This document shows, in pieces, positions 27,613 through 36,982 of a DNA stretch of 64,000 nucleotides (within the stretch, counting starts at the first letter, position 1; each line of letters opens with the position of its first letter). The stretch is from Thermoanaerobaculia bacterium (GTDB lineage: Bacteria > Acidobacteriota > Thermoanaerobaculia > UBA5066): positions 1,408,001 to 1,472,000 of the forward strand of contig CAVRAY010000001.1 of NCBI GenBank assembly GCA_963719225.1, in the 5' to 3' direction. The notes below the pieces were generated by a model, which saw only the letters and a program-made list of their open reading frames with translations, made no database searches and was not told the origin of the DNA. The translations under genes were made by a program, and so were the position numbers.

Positions 27613-28259
27613 TGGAAAAACGCTTGCTAGCTAAGAACCTTAATAACCTTGTGGTCGCTTGCCTCGGAACGCTCCCAGGCCAGCCCGGCGTCGAGCGGAC
27701 AGTTCTAGACGGGGCGCAGAAGAAGCTTGGTAGAGCTCTCCCGCTGGCCCTTGCCGATTTCTACCTAGCCGTTGGCGGTATTCCCGAGGTGACGAGTTCT
27801 CACCACCACTTCGTCCCACTCGAAGAAATGCGAATGGCGAATGGCGGCCTGGCGTTTTGCCGGGAAAACCAAGACCAAATGTTCTGGGCGATCCTAGAGG
27901 GCGATCTCGGGGCTTCCGATCCGCCTGTCGTCCAAGGACAGCCGGGTGAGAGTCAATGGTATCCCGAGTGTAAACAGCTCTCCACGTTTCTCCTGAACTT
28001 TGCTTGCTGGCAACTCGTCAACGCAGCAGCCGCGTCAGGGACAGCCCCTGTTGGTCGAACAACCGTCAAGGTGCTCAGAGAGCACTGTGAAGTCGTGAGC
28101 GCAACGCTGGACTTCAACATGGCCTCGTTCATCGATCGCAATGGAAGAGTGATCGTAAGCGCGCTTCTGGACTCTCAACGGGTGTTCGCCGGCGCCAGCA
28201 CAGACGAAGCGCTGGAGGATTTCGAGAAGCGTACTGGGATTGAGCTCGACTGGCTCTAA
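27612..28259 (+). CDS. SMI1/KNR4 (SUKH) family immunity protein
   Basis: TGATG overlap; AQKKLGRALPLALADFY, FCRENQ and DPPV motifs. Confidence 0.8.
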   Translation: MEKRLLAKNLNNLVVACLGTLPGQPGVERTVLDGAQKKLGRALPLALADFYLAVGGIPEVTSSHHHFVPLEEMRMANGGLAFCRENQDQMFWAILEGDLGASDPPVVQGQPGESQWYPECKQLSTFLLNFACWQLVNAAAASGTAPVGRTTVKVLREHCEVVSATLDFNMASFIDRNGRVIVSALLDSQRVFAGASTDEALEDFEKRTGIELDWL

Positions 28260-28829
28260 GAAACGGGGAACCGTTCATCCCATCTGCAAGAGTGCCGATG
28301 GGGGCCAGAGTCGGCTGCCGAAGGCTCACGGGGCGGCGGGATCTCGAGTGATGGCCCTGCTGCGGCGCTCGTAGACCTCGGTGGAGGGAGTTCTCCGGCA
28401 AGCCGTCGGTTTGGTTCGCTCTCCGACGTTCAAGCGCAGGTCGACTTGCAGGCCCGGCGCGCTCTTAGCGCAGCTCAACGAAGAGGGCTATCAAGCGCGC
28501 AGGGCGGTAACTTTGCAGACAAGGTCTTCAAGCGCTACAACAGGTTCTTGGAGCGAGAGCTTGCGCGTGAAGGAAACGCATTCGGTGTCGAGCCTCAGCC
28601 GTCACGGGATATTCTTGGCGGGCGTGCCAGCTATGGCGATGCTGGCTCGCGTCGCCTTGACGCCACGATCTTTGATAGGGGAAACGACGCCGTTTTGTCT
28701 GGCTACGACATCACGATTAGGTTGCGTCGCTGGAATTCGCGGGCTGTGAACCTAGACTACGTGACCCGCTTCGGAATAAGGGAGGGATTCGTTCGCGAAT
28801 TCAATCCGCGGGGCCGGCGCCGCCCATGA
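28260..28829 (+). pseudogene. Orphan toxin tip homologous to the C-terminus of the giant Rhs
   Basis: Open frame with no ATG. GSRRLDATIFD...LSGYDIT aligns with GTKRLDYGFYE...LSGGDFT of the main tip. Confidence 0.7.
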
Positions 28830-29527
28830 GATACCGGGAGTTCGAACGGCAGGCGGTTCCACTCTTTTCGAAAGCGCTGGAAGAGTTTTCTTTCAAGCAT
28901 CACGAAGGCCCGTATTTCGTGCGGGGAAGGAACTCCTGGCAAGACGTCCTCTTCTTTGACTTGGAGAGGCCTTCTGGAGACGCCTTCTCGGTTTGCGTTG
29001 GTATTCATGTTCCCATGGTGCGACGACGCTTCAGTCAGATTCTGGATGTCAACGTGCCAACACCGGATATCTCCAGTTTCCTTGGTCGGCTCGGCGACGG
29101 AGGAAAAGGCAGCCAGAGATGGTACCGATTTGGTCGGCCTATTTCTCTGAGTGAGGCGATTTCAAAGTCGATTGAAGACTTCCGAGGGGAAGTACCCCCT
29201 TGGCTCGCCTCCTTTCAGACGATTGACGACGTCGCGGCCGAGTATCGCCGGCGGAACATCGGTGATGCCACAAACTGGGAACGAACACGCAATGCCATTC
29301 CTCTTGCAATATACGGCTTTCTGCTTATAGAGGCGGGGCGGCGGCAGGACGGCAGGGGGTGGTTGAAACGAGCCCAGGAAGAGGTTTCGAAGCCCTTGTA
29401 CGAGCTAAATGGGACGTTTTCGACCGAGAAGGGGACTGGCGCCAGGGAAGTAGTTCGCAGCCGCCAGGAACGAGTGCTGAGCCAGATACTCGAGGGCGAG
29501 TTAGCCACTGGCTCTGTTGAAGAGTAG
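28826..29527 (+). CDS. Putative immunity protein (possibly DUF4304-like)
   Basis: 233 aa, ATGA overlap with the orphan tip, lower GC. Confidence 0.65.
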   Translation: MRYREFERQAVPLFSKALEEFSFKHHEGPYFVRGRNSWQDVLFFDLERPSGDAFSVCVGIHVPMVRRRFSQILDVNVPTPDISSFLGRLGDGGKGSQRWYRFGRPISLSEAISKSIEDFRGEVPPWLASFQTIDDVAAEYRRRNIGDATNWERTRNAIPLAIYGFLLIEAGRRQDGRGWLKRAQEEVSKPLYELNGTFSTEKGTGAREVVRSRQERVLSQILEGELATGSVEE

Positions 29528-29784
29528 GGCCCCTGGTCCGCAATGCAACGTGGGGGCGTTTCGCGGCCGGCGAAAAACTGAACCGGCGCGAATACCATCT
29601 GGGATGGCTGAACCTGTTGACTGGGTCGATAAGAAACGAAAGAAATGAACTTAATAGCGACCTGCTCCCCGAAAACGGATCCACAGAGGGTGTGAACTCT
29701 CCGTAGACCTGACTATCCCCCCGGAAACCCGCCGACCCGGTCGAACTTGAGCCGCGCAGGGAAATGCCTCAAAATAGCCCCATC

Positions 29785-29973
29785 ATGCCTACCCCGGAAG
29801 ACCGGGAGCCCTTCGACGAGACCGTCGCGCCGCGCCAGAGGCGCAAGTGTTTCTTCTGCGAGGCGGACAAGTCCGACGAGTGGAGATTCGTCGCCAAGCT
29901 GAACGCCTTCATCTGCCAGGCCTGCCAGGAATGGATGGAGAAGAAGCCCTCGAGCGAGCAGCAGACAGGCTGA
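29785..29973 (+). CDS. Small ClpX-type C4 zinc-finger protein
   Basis: CFFC-x18-CQAC with AFIC, the spacing of the ClpX zinc-binding domain; start at 29764 or 29785. Confidence 0.65.
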   Translation: MPTPEDREPFDETVAPRQRRKCFFCEADKSDEWRFVAKLNAFICQACQEWMEKKPSSEQQTG

Positions 29974-30012
29974 GCGCCCTTTATCGGATAATCTCCCCTC
30001 GGAGGCCCCTCC

Positions 30013-30369
30013 TTGCTCGAGCCCGATGCCTTCCACGAGCTGCGCCGGAGTCCGCGCGTTGCGCTTCGGATTCCGATTTCCATGCGCTGGGATGGGCAGA
30101 GGTTCAACGGATCGACACTCATCGTGAACAGCCACGGCGCGCTCGTGTACGCGCAGCGGAACGTCGCCGTCGGCGACATCTTCGAGCTGGAGAACGTGCG
30201 GACGCGCGTGATGTGCCACTGCCGGGTGGTGTGGGGGGCCGGACTCGATCAGTCGGGGTTCTTCAAGCTGGGGGTCGAGATGCTGGAGTCGAATCCGGCG
30301 GTGTGGGGGTCGGACTATACGATGGCCCTGGCGCAGGCACAGGCGTCGCCGCGAGGCTCCGCAGGCTGA
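30013..30369 (+). CDS. PilZ-domain protein
   Basis: RRSPR motif, CRVVW and LGVEM. Confidence 0.7.
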   Translation: MLEPDAFHELRRSPRVALRIPISMRWDGQRFNGSTLIVNSHGALVYAQRNVAVGDIFELENVRTRVMCHCRVVWGAGLDQSGFFKLGVEMLESNPAVWGSDYTMALAQAQASPRGSAG

Positions 30370-31354
30370 ATCCGCCCGCGATCAGGAAGCCGAGCCCGAC
30401 GAGCGTGATCGGGACGAACGAGAGCGCGTGCGAGACGAGCGCGAACGCCGCCGCCGTGTCCTTCGCCACGCCGTAGAACCCCGCCAGCGAATACGCGACC
30501 GCCGTGTGATAGCCGCCCACGCCGCCCGGCGTCGGGATGGCGAGACCGAGGACGGCCCACGTGATCACGAAGAAGGAGACGGGGAAGGGAAAGACGAGGT
30601 CGAAGGCGCGCATCGTCGACCAGATCTGGAATCCGATCAACGTCCATAAAAAGAGCGAGGCCGCGGCTACGACGAGCACCTCGCGAACCGAGCCGAGCGC
30701 GCCGAGCCCGTCCAGGAAAGACAGGAGGATCGACTCCACCTTTGCTCCGATCCTGGGGGGCAGCGGCCGGAGGAGCGGCTTCACGATGCGGTCGGTGCGC
30801 TCGGGCTTCGCCGCGAGGAAGCCGAGGAACGCGAGGCCCAGGAGCGTGCCGAAGCCGAGGATCAGCGCCGAGCGGCGAAGCAGCGCGAAGCGCCCCGCCT
30901 CGTCGCCGGTCATCGCTGACGGCGCCCACGCCAGGGCGTACACGACGAAGAGAAAGATGACCGTCACGAGGTCGATGAGGCGCTCGAGCGCGATGGAGGC
31001 GAGGCAGGGCGCGACGGGAAGCCCGGCGCTCTTCGCGAGGGCGACGGGGCGCACGATCTCGCCGGCGCGCGCGGGAAGGAGCGTCGAGGCGGCGAAGCCG
31101 ATGGCGGTCGCGGAGTTGAGCTCGTAGAACGACGGGTGCCCGGCCTTCTTCAGGAGCAGGGCCCAGCGCCACGACCGGAAGAGCGGCGTCCCGAGAAGCC
31201 CGGCCACGGTCGCGACGGCGAGCCAGCCGACGTGCGCCGAGGCGATGGCGCGGCCCACGGCGGCGAAGTCCAGCGTCCTCAGAAACAGGACGAGGAGGAC
31301 GGCCGCGAGACCCAGGGAAATCGCGACGCGCAGGCCCTTTTTCGAGGCGGTCAC
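30263..31354 (-). CDS. Lysylphosphatidylglycerol synthase TM / flippase-like (UPF0104) membrane protein
   Basis: RSWRW, LPARAGEIVR, LERLID and PTPGGVG motifs; multiple TM segments. Confidence 0.85.
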   Translation of the reverse strand: MTASKKGLRVAISLGLAAVLLVLFLRTLDFAAVGRAIASAHVGWLAVATVAGLLGTPLFRSWRWALLLKKAGHPSFYELNSATAIGFAASTLLPARAGEIVRPVALAKSAGLPVAPCLASIALERLIDLVTVIFLFVVYALAWAPSAMTGDEAGRFALLRRSALILGFGTLLGLAFLGFLAAKPERTDRIVKPLLRPLPPRIGAKVESILLSFLDGLGALGSVREVLVVAAASLFLWTLIGFQIWSTMRAFDLVFPFPVSFFVITWAVLGLAIPTPGGVGGYHTAVAYSLAGFYGVAKDTAAAFALVSHALSFVPITLVGLGFLIAGGFSLRSLAATPVPAPGPSYSPTPTPPDSTPASRPPA

Positions 31355-31392
31355 GCGTCGATGGTAGCCCACGGTTGGAGTAGGCTCGCGGC

Positions 31393-32364
31393 GTGCGCAG
31401 GGTGCCGGTCTACTTCGATTCCGCGGTCCTCGAGCACGACACGGGCCTCTACCACCCGGACAGCGCGAATCGGCTGGAGGTCGCCGTCGAGGCGCTCCGT
31501 CAGGACGGGTGCCTCATCGAGTCGCCGCCGGCCCCCGAACGCACGCTGAAAGCGGTCGAGCGCGTGCACGATCCGGAGTACGTGGAGCGTCTCTCGGCGC
31601 TCTGCCGAAACGCGCCGGCCGACTACGGCGGACCCTTCGCGCTCTTCGACAGCCCCGACAACGTGCTGTCAGCCGCGACGTTCGAGGCGTCGCTGCGCTC
31701 CGTCTCGCTCACGCTCGCCGCGACGGACGCGGTCGTGGCGGGGCGTGCGGCGTCCGTCTTCGTGGCGGCGCGGCCGCCGGGACACCATGCGCTCGCGTCG
31801 CGCGCGATGGGATTCTGCTTCCTGAACTCGATCGCGATCGCCGCGAAGGACCTCATCGAGCACCACAAGGTCGCACGCGTCCTCGTGGCCGACTTCGACG
31901 TGCACCACGGCAACGGCGTCCAGGACGTCTTCTGGGAGGACGGGCGGGTGGCGTACCTCTCCGTGCATCGGTATCCCTTTTACCCGGGCACGGGCGCGGC
32001 GGACGAGGAAGGCGAGGGGCGTGGGCGCGGGACGACGGTGAACCTGCCGCAGCGCGCCGAGGCGGGGGACGCGGCCTACGCGGGAGGATTCACGGCGGCG
32101 CTCGAAAAGCTGGCCGAGCGATTCCGGCCGGAAGTCGTCCTCGTGAGCGCCGGCTTCGACGCCCACGCCGAAGACCCGGTCGGCGGCATGCGCGTCACGA
32201 CGCAAGGCTTCTCGTGGATGACGCGCGCCCTGGGAGACGTGGCCGACACGTTCGCGAAAGGCCGCATCGTGTCGCTCCTCGAGGGGGGATATCACCCCTG
32301 GGCCACCGCGGCGGCGGCCGTCGAGCACGTGCGCGTCCTCGCGCACGCCGACGAGATGAGCTGA
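31393..32364 (+). CDS. Histone deacetylase family (AcuC/AphA-like) amidohydrolase
   Basis: RPPGHHA, GFC, DFDVHHGNG, SAGFDAH and LEGGY motifs. Confidence 0.95.
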   Translation: MRRVPVYFDSAVLEHDTGLYHPDSANRLEVAVEALRQDGCLIESPPAPERTLKAVERVHDPEYVERLSALCRNAPADYGGPFALFDSPDNVLSAATFEASLRSVSLTLAATDAVVAGRAASVFVAARPPGHHALASRAMGFCFLNSIAIAAKDLIEHHKVARVLVADFDVHHGNGVQDVFWEDGRVAYLSVHRYPFYPGTGAADEEGEGRGRGTTVNLPQRAEAGDAAYAGGFTAALEKLAERFRPEVVLVSAGFDAHAEDPVGGMRVTTQGFSWMTRALGDVADTFAKGRIVSLLEGGYHPWATAAAAVEHVRVLAHADEMS

Positions 32365-32389
32365 CCGACTTCCGGCCGTAACCTCCGGT

Positions 32390-33870
32390 TGTCAAAGCTC
32401 CTTAGAAGTGTCCCCTCGTAGAGCTCGTTAGAAATGTCCCCTTTTGGTCGTCGTAGTCGTCGCGCGGTGGAAATGTGGAAAACGGGAGGCCGGCCTCATC
32501 GGAGGCCGGCGCGCTCCTTGCGCTCCCATGAAGCCTGGACGCTTGCGGCGGTTAATGGTGTTCTCCAGGGGTGAACATCAGAGGGCGCTTTGAAAGGGCG
32601 GCGTGTTGCCACGGAGGCCGGCTTGATCAGTGGCGCCGGCCGAGGCGGCCGGTTTTTGATTTCGTGAAACTCGAGGGCTCGATGGTAGTGAAGCAGCACC
32701 CGACTGCCATCAAGCCTGTGGCGAACCACGATCTTCTCGCGGCGGCGCGGCATCTGAGACTTGGGCCCGGTAATCTGGAACCAGCGGCCGTCCCAGGCGA
32801 CCGTCCAGTCGTTCTGCACGGTGCGCTGCTCTTCGAAGACGAAAACATCCTCGAGCCGTAGGCGCTTGGGCACGGGTCGGTGGTAGTCGACTCGGCTAGC
32901 CGAGCTGTGCGCGAATCTCTGATTGATCGTCTCGAGGAATCCTCCTCTCAGAAGGGCGTTGGCCGCCTGGAGGTCCTTGATGCCATGCAGCCTGAACTCC
33001 TTGACGAGCCGGTCCTGAAGCACGCCGTGCCGCCGCTCGATCCTGCCCTTGGCCTGAGGGCTGGCTGCGGGAATGATCTGAATCGAGAGCTTGTGGCAGG
33101 CCTTGCCGAAGGCCGTCAGTGCAGGCCGGCCTAAGAGCTGCTCGTCTTTCGTCGGCTCGCGATCAGCCACGTAGAGATTCTTGTGGTCGGTGTAAAGCGC
33201 CTTGGGGATCCCGTAAAGCTCGATCCACCGCCACAGCACCCTCATCGCTCCTTCGGTGGTCTCCTGCTCGAAGAATTCGCCTCCCATCTTCGCCGTGGCG
33301 TCGTCGACGAGGTCGATCAGGCATGGCTTGTGGCCCGTCTCGAGCCAGTCGTGGAAGCTTCCGTCCATCTGAACGAGCTCGCCGAAGTGCTCCTTCGGCG
33401 GCCTCCACCTGCGGTGCGGCCCTCGTTTCCTTTTCTTCTTCCACAGCCCCTCTACCATCAGCCACCGCCGCAACGTCTCGTGAGAAACCCTCAGCCCCAC
33501 CTCGAGAAGCTTCTCGGCCGCCAGTGTCGGCCCAAAACCTTCCAGCCGCGTCCGGCAGAGCTCGAGACTCTGCTGCTTGCTCTCAGGGTCCAACTTCCGA
33601 TTCGACGGCCGTCCTCGCGAGCGATGCACCAGTCCCTTGGCGCCCTCGGCGCGGTATCTCTTCCAGATCCTCTTGCCCTGCCGCCCGCTCATCTGAAGCC
33701 GCTCGGCAGCCGCCACGACCGTCTGACGCCCGGCCTTCACCTGCTCGAGCTCCACCAGCCGCGCTCTCTCCTTCGTGCTCAGCCCCACGATCTCCTCCAT
33801 CGCGCCCCCTTCTTTACGAGGGGACACTTCTATCGAGTTATCGAGGGGACACTTTCATGGAGCTACGACA
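32390..33870 (-). mobile_element. 1481-bp IS1202-type (ISNCY) insertion sequence with TGT ends and a 17-bp TSD
   Basis: Ends tgtcaaagctccttagaagtgtcccctcg and (reverse complement) tgtcgtagctccatgaaagtgtcccctcg; TSD cggccgtaacctccggt at 32373-32389 and 33871-33887. Confidence 0.92.
32496..33800 (-). CDS. DDE transposase (IS1202/ISNCY, IS481-like)
   Basis: N-terminal HTH; GELVQMDGSFHDW, VDDAT, LYTD and SPQAKGRIER motifs. Confidence 0.93.
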   Translation of the reverse strand: MEEIVGLSTKERARLVELEQVKAGRQTVVAAAERLQMSGRQGKRIWKRYRAEGAKGLVHRSRGRPSNRKLDPESKQQSLELCRTRLEGFGPTLAAEKLLEVGLRVSHETLRRWLMVEGLWKKKRKRGPHRRWRPPKEHFGELVQMDGSFHDWLETGHKPCLIDLVDDATAKMGGEFFEQETTEGAMRVLWRWIELYGIPKALYTDHKNLYVADREPTKDEQLLGRPALTAFGKACHKLSIQIIPAASPQAKGRIERRHGVLQDRLVKEFRLHGIKDLQAANALLRGGFLETINQRFAHSSASRVDYHRPVPKRLRLEDVFVFEEQRTVQNDWTVAWDGRWFQITGPKSQMPRRREKIVVRHRLDGSRVLLHYHRALEFHEIKNRPPRPAPLIKPASVATRRPFKAPSDVHPWRTPLTAASVQASWERKERAGLR

Positions 33871-33887
33871 CGGCCGTAACCTCCGGT

Positions 33888-33916
33888 TTGACAAGGTGTT
33901 TCGGGGAGGATAAACT
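33888..33916 (+). promoter_or_regulatory. Sigma70-type promoter TTGACA-N17-TAAACT
   Basis: Consensus -35 and 17-bp spacer, about 75 bp upstream of the CDS at 33994. Confidence 0.7.
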
Positions 33917-33993
33917 CCATCTGCGTCAATCTCTCTATTTCTCGGTCCCGGTCGAGCGTATCCCCGGAATCTCTCGACGTACGGAGGCTCGTG

Positions 33994-35697
33994 ATGAAGC
34001 GGAAGGCCCTCATCCTCCCGGTGATTGCCGCGGCCGCGGCCATGGTCGCGGCGCCATACGCCCAGGCGATGGGCGTGGAGCGACAGGCGGTTCGCGCTGG
34101 GCGACAGGCTCTCGCGTGCCCGTCGCAAACGCTGGGATCCATTGACGTTCCGGTCGACGGGGCCACCGTTTCCGGATACGTCCAGGTCGTCGGCTTCGCG
34201 CTGGACGGAAACCTGGTGTCCAACGTCGATGTCTTCGTGGACGGCACCGACGAGTCCAACCGCGTGTCGACCGCGGGCGGGGCGAACATCAACCTGCCGC
34301 GCCCGGACGTGATCCAGTTCTTCCCGCAGTACGCCGGCACGATCGGCGAGCACCCGGGCTATCAGGCCTCCTTCAAGGCGTCCCTCTTCTCGAACGGCTC
34401 GCACACGCTGTACGTGCGCATCACGGACGTGAGCGGCTGCTCGTACTTCCTGACGCCGCGGGCCATCCAGATCGACAACACGCTCAACCAGGGGCCGTTC
34501 GGCGCCGTGGACTTTCCGCAGCCCGACAGCGGCGTGAGCGCGAACGGCGTTCTCGAGGTCGCGGGCTGGGCGCTCGACGACCGCAAGATCGACCACGTGG
34601 ACGTCTTCATCGACGGCCTCATCGAGCGGCAGGCCGTGACCGGCATCTACCGCGCCGACGTCGCCGCGAACTATCCCGACAACCCGCAGGCGATCGTCGC
34701 GGGGTTCATCCTGAACGTCGACTCGACGCGCTACGCGAACGGCGTCCACACCGTCACCGTGAAGGCCGTCGACGACCAGGGCCAGCAGGGCTTTCTCGGC
34801 ACGCGCCGCGTCCAGATCTTCAACAACTCCCCGAACCTCGCGCCTTTCGGCGAGGTCGAGTTCCCGCTGCTGAACGCGACCTGGTTCGGCAACTGCTTCC
34901 CGGCACCCCCGGGCGGCCCGTCCGGCGGCGACATCGTCGACGCGCGCTTCGTGATGTTCGTCAACGGCTGGGCGATGGACACCTCGGTCGCCCAGGAGCG
35001 TGGCGGGGTCTCGCACGTGCGCCTCGAGATAGACGGCGTGACGATCAAGGACACGCGGGTGAATTGCCACCGCGAGTTCCTGCTCGCGAATGCCCTCATC
35101 GACTGCTACGGCTATTACCGGCCCGACATCGAGGTCCTGTATCCGGGCTTCCAGCAAGCGCCGAACGTCGGCTTCCAGTTCTTCGTGGACGTGGGCTTCC
35201 TCATCACGCAGAAGAACTTCAAGGAAGGCGGCCACATCCTCCAGGTCATCGCGCTCGACAAGGAAGACACGACGACGCTCCTCAAGGAGATCCCGATCCA
35301 GATGGAGTGCGCGACGGGCAACCTCGACCCGCCGCCCATCGGCTTCATCGACGATCCCACGAACTACAAGTTCATCGGCGGCGTGTTCCCCGTCATCGGC
35401 TGGGCGCTCGACCTCGACCTCGTCGTGAAGGTGCGCATCCTGATCGACGGCGTCGCACAGATCGACGCGGTGCGGGGCGTGGACTTCGCGGAGTACGGCT
35501 TCGCGAGCCCCGACGTCGCCCTGCAATACCCGAGCTTCCCGCAGCGGAACGCGGCGCGTTTCCGCTTCTTCCTCGACACGACGCAGATCTCCAATAGCGA
35601 GCACGACCTCCTCATCGAGGTGACGGACGCGCGCGGCAACGTGCGCTCGGCGGGAACCCGTCGCTTCCTCGTGGACAACAACACGCTGGTGCGCTGA
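33994..35697 (+). CDS. Secreted protein with four tandem Ig-like repeats
   Basis: Signal peptide; four repeats of G.ID.P...GWALD...IDG...RPDV...YP...GF...G.H.L.V...D. Confidence 0.85.
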   Translation: MKRKALILPVIAAAAAMVAAPYAQAMGVERQAVRAGRQALACPSQTLGSIDVPVDGATVSGYVQVVGFALDGNLVSNVDVFVDGTDESNRVSTAGGANINLPRPDVIQFFPQYAGTIGEHPGYQASFKASLFSNGSHTLYVRITDVSGCSYFLTPRAIQIDNTLNQGPFGAVDFPQPDSGVSANGVLEVAGWALDDRKIDHVDVFIDGLIERQAVTGIYRADVAANYPDNPQAIVAGFILNVDSTRYANGVHTVTVKAVDDQGQQGFLGTRRVQIFNNSPNLAPFGEVEFPLLNATWFGNCFPAPPGGPSGGDIVDARFVMFVNGWAMDTSVAQERGGVSHVRLEIDGVTIKDTRVNCHREFLLANALIDCYGYYRPDIEVLYPGFQQAPNVGFQFFVDVGFLITQKNFKEGGHILQVIALDKEDTTTLLKEIPIQMECATGNLDPPPIGFIDDPTNYKFIGGVFPVIGWALDLDLVVKVRILIDGVAQIDAVRGVDFAEYGFASPDVALQYPSFPQRNAARFRFFLDTTQISNSEHDLLIEVTDARGNVRSAGTRRFLVDNNTLVR

Positions 35698-35741
35698 GAG
35701 GAAGAGAAGACTAAGATTTCTTAGAAGGTAAGAGGAGAGAG

Positions 35742-35770
35742 GGCCCGGCAACCGCTGGGCCTTTTCGTTT
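35742..35770 (+). terminator. Rho-independent terminator
   Basis: ggcccggc-aacc-gctgggcc stem followed by ttttcgttt. Confidence 0.7.
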
Positions 35771-35877
35771 CAGGGCACCGTTGGCCGATGCCCTATTCAC
35801 CCTCTAAGAAATTCGAATCCCCGGGCGCGCCGTGAGGCGCGCTCCGAACAAAAAAACCTTATCCTCTTTTCGTTCTC

Positions 35878-36384
35878 ATGCAGCCTGCGCAGAAGAAGTT
35901 CCTGATCCGGTTCGTGCTCGCCCTCGGCGTGTTCTACCTTCTCGTGGCGATCCAGCCCGTGAACGACCGCATCGTGGTGCCGTTCACGGAGCTCCTCGTG
36001 CGTATTTCGACGGTCCTTCTCGCCGCGGTCGGGGAGAAGACGCAGTCCTTCGGCACGGTCATCCAGTCGCCCGCGTTCGCGGTGGACGTGAAGAACGGGT
36101 GCAACGGGATCGAGGCGGCTCTTCTTCTCGTGGCCGCGATGCTCGCGTTTCCCGCGCCCGCGAAGCAGCGCGTTCTCGGCATCGCCGCGGGGCTCGCGGT
36201 GATCCAGGGCGTGAACCTCTTCCGCATCGTCTCGCTCTTCTGGCTCGGCGTGCACCATCGCGACGTGTTCGAGCTGTTTCACGCGGCGGTCTGGCAGACG
36301 GCCCTGATCCTGCTCGCCGTCGGGATCTTCCTCGCCTGGAGCCGGCGCGCGGCCGGCGGAGGCCGAGCTGAAGCCCGCGGCTAG
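35878..36384 (+). CDS. xrtH: Exosortase H-like protein
   Basis: Short single-unit exosortase with NGCNG (Cys), NLFRI (Arg) and FH..VWQ (His). Confidence 0.8.
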   Translation: MQPAQKKFLIRFVLALGVFYLLVAIQPVNDRIVVPFTELLVRISTVLLAAVGEKTQSFGTVIQSPAFAVDVKNGCNGIEAALLLVAAMLAFPAPAKQRVLGIAAGLAVIQGVNLFRIVSLFWLGVHHRDVFELFHAAVWQTALILLAVGIFLAWSRRAAGGGRAEARG

Positions 36385-36982
36385 GGCTCTCGCCGGCTTC
36401 GCCCTGGGTCTCGCGCTCTGGTGGGCTCTGACGCCAGCCTACAACCGCCTCCTCGCGGGCTTCGCGGAAAGCCTGATCCGCGCCGGCGAACGCCCGCACG
36501 CGACGCACCTCTACGCCGAGAACCGGCGCATCGTGATCGACCGCGCCGATTTCCCGTCCACGTCCGACAGGCCGTCGCTGCCGGCCGACGATCTCACGTT
36601 CGACGTCATCCTCTTCCTGGCGCTCGCGGCGACGACGCCGGGCCTCTTCCGCGACCGCGCGGTCCGCGGGGCCGTCGTGAGCCTTCTTCTGCTCTTCGTT
36701 CTCCACGTTTTCGCGCTCGTCGCGGGCGTCGAGAGCTTTTACGCGACGCGCCTCGGCGCGTGGAGCGAGGCGCACTACGGAGCTTTCGCGCGGAACCTCT
36801 GGGCCACCGCCACGCACTTCTGGCGATTCGTGGGCTGCTACGCGGCGGCGTTCCTGTTGTGGTGGTTCCTGGTGAGGTCCAGCCCTGTTACGGCTTCACG
36901 GGACCCTTCAGCTCGGACTTCTTCGCCAGCTGCATCTGCTGGTGGGCCATCGCGAGCTTCTCGGCGTCGGGGAAGAGGGTGA
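36368..36982 (+). CDS. Exosortase-associated membrane protein (start uncertain, possibly CTG)
   Basis: Frame open from 36368 (LKPAARALAGFALGLALWW...); several TM helices; overlaps the exosortase stop. Confidence 0.6.
   Translation: MKPAARALAGFALGLALWWALTPAYNRLLAGFAESLIRAGERPHATHLYAENRRIVIDRADFPSTSDRPSLPADDLTFDVILFLALAATTPGLFRDRAVRGAVVSLLLLFVLHVFALVAGVESFYATRLGAWSEAHYGAFARNLWATATHFWRFVGCYAAAFLLWWFLVRSSPVTASRDPSARTSSPAASAGGPSRASRRRGRG

Noticed and set aside
23247-29527. Integron (tyrosine recombinase followed by toxin-immunity cassettes)
   Set aside because: The recombinase looks Xer-like with no evident IntI-specific insertion, it is co-oriented with the array, and no repeated attC sites were seen between modules.
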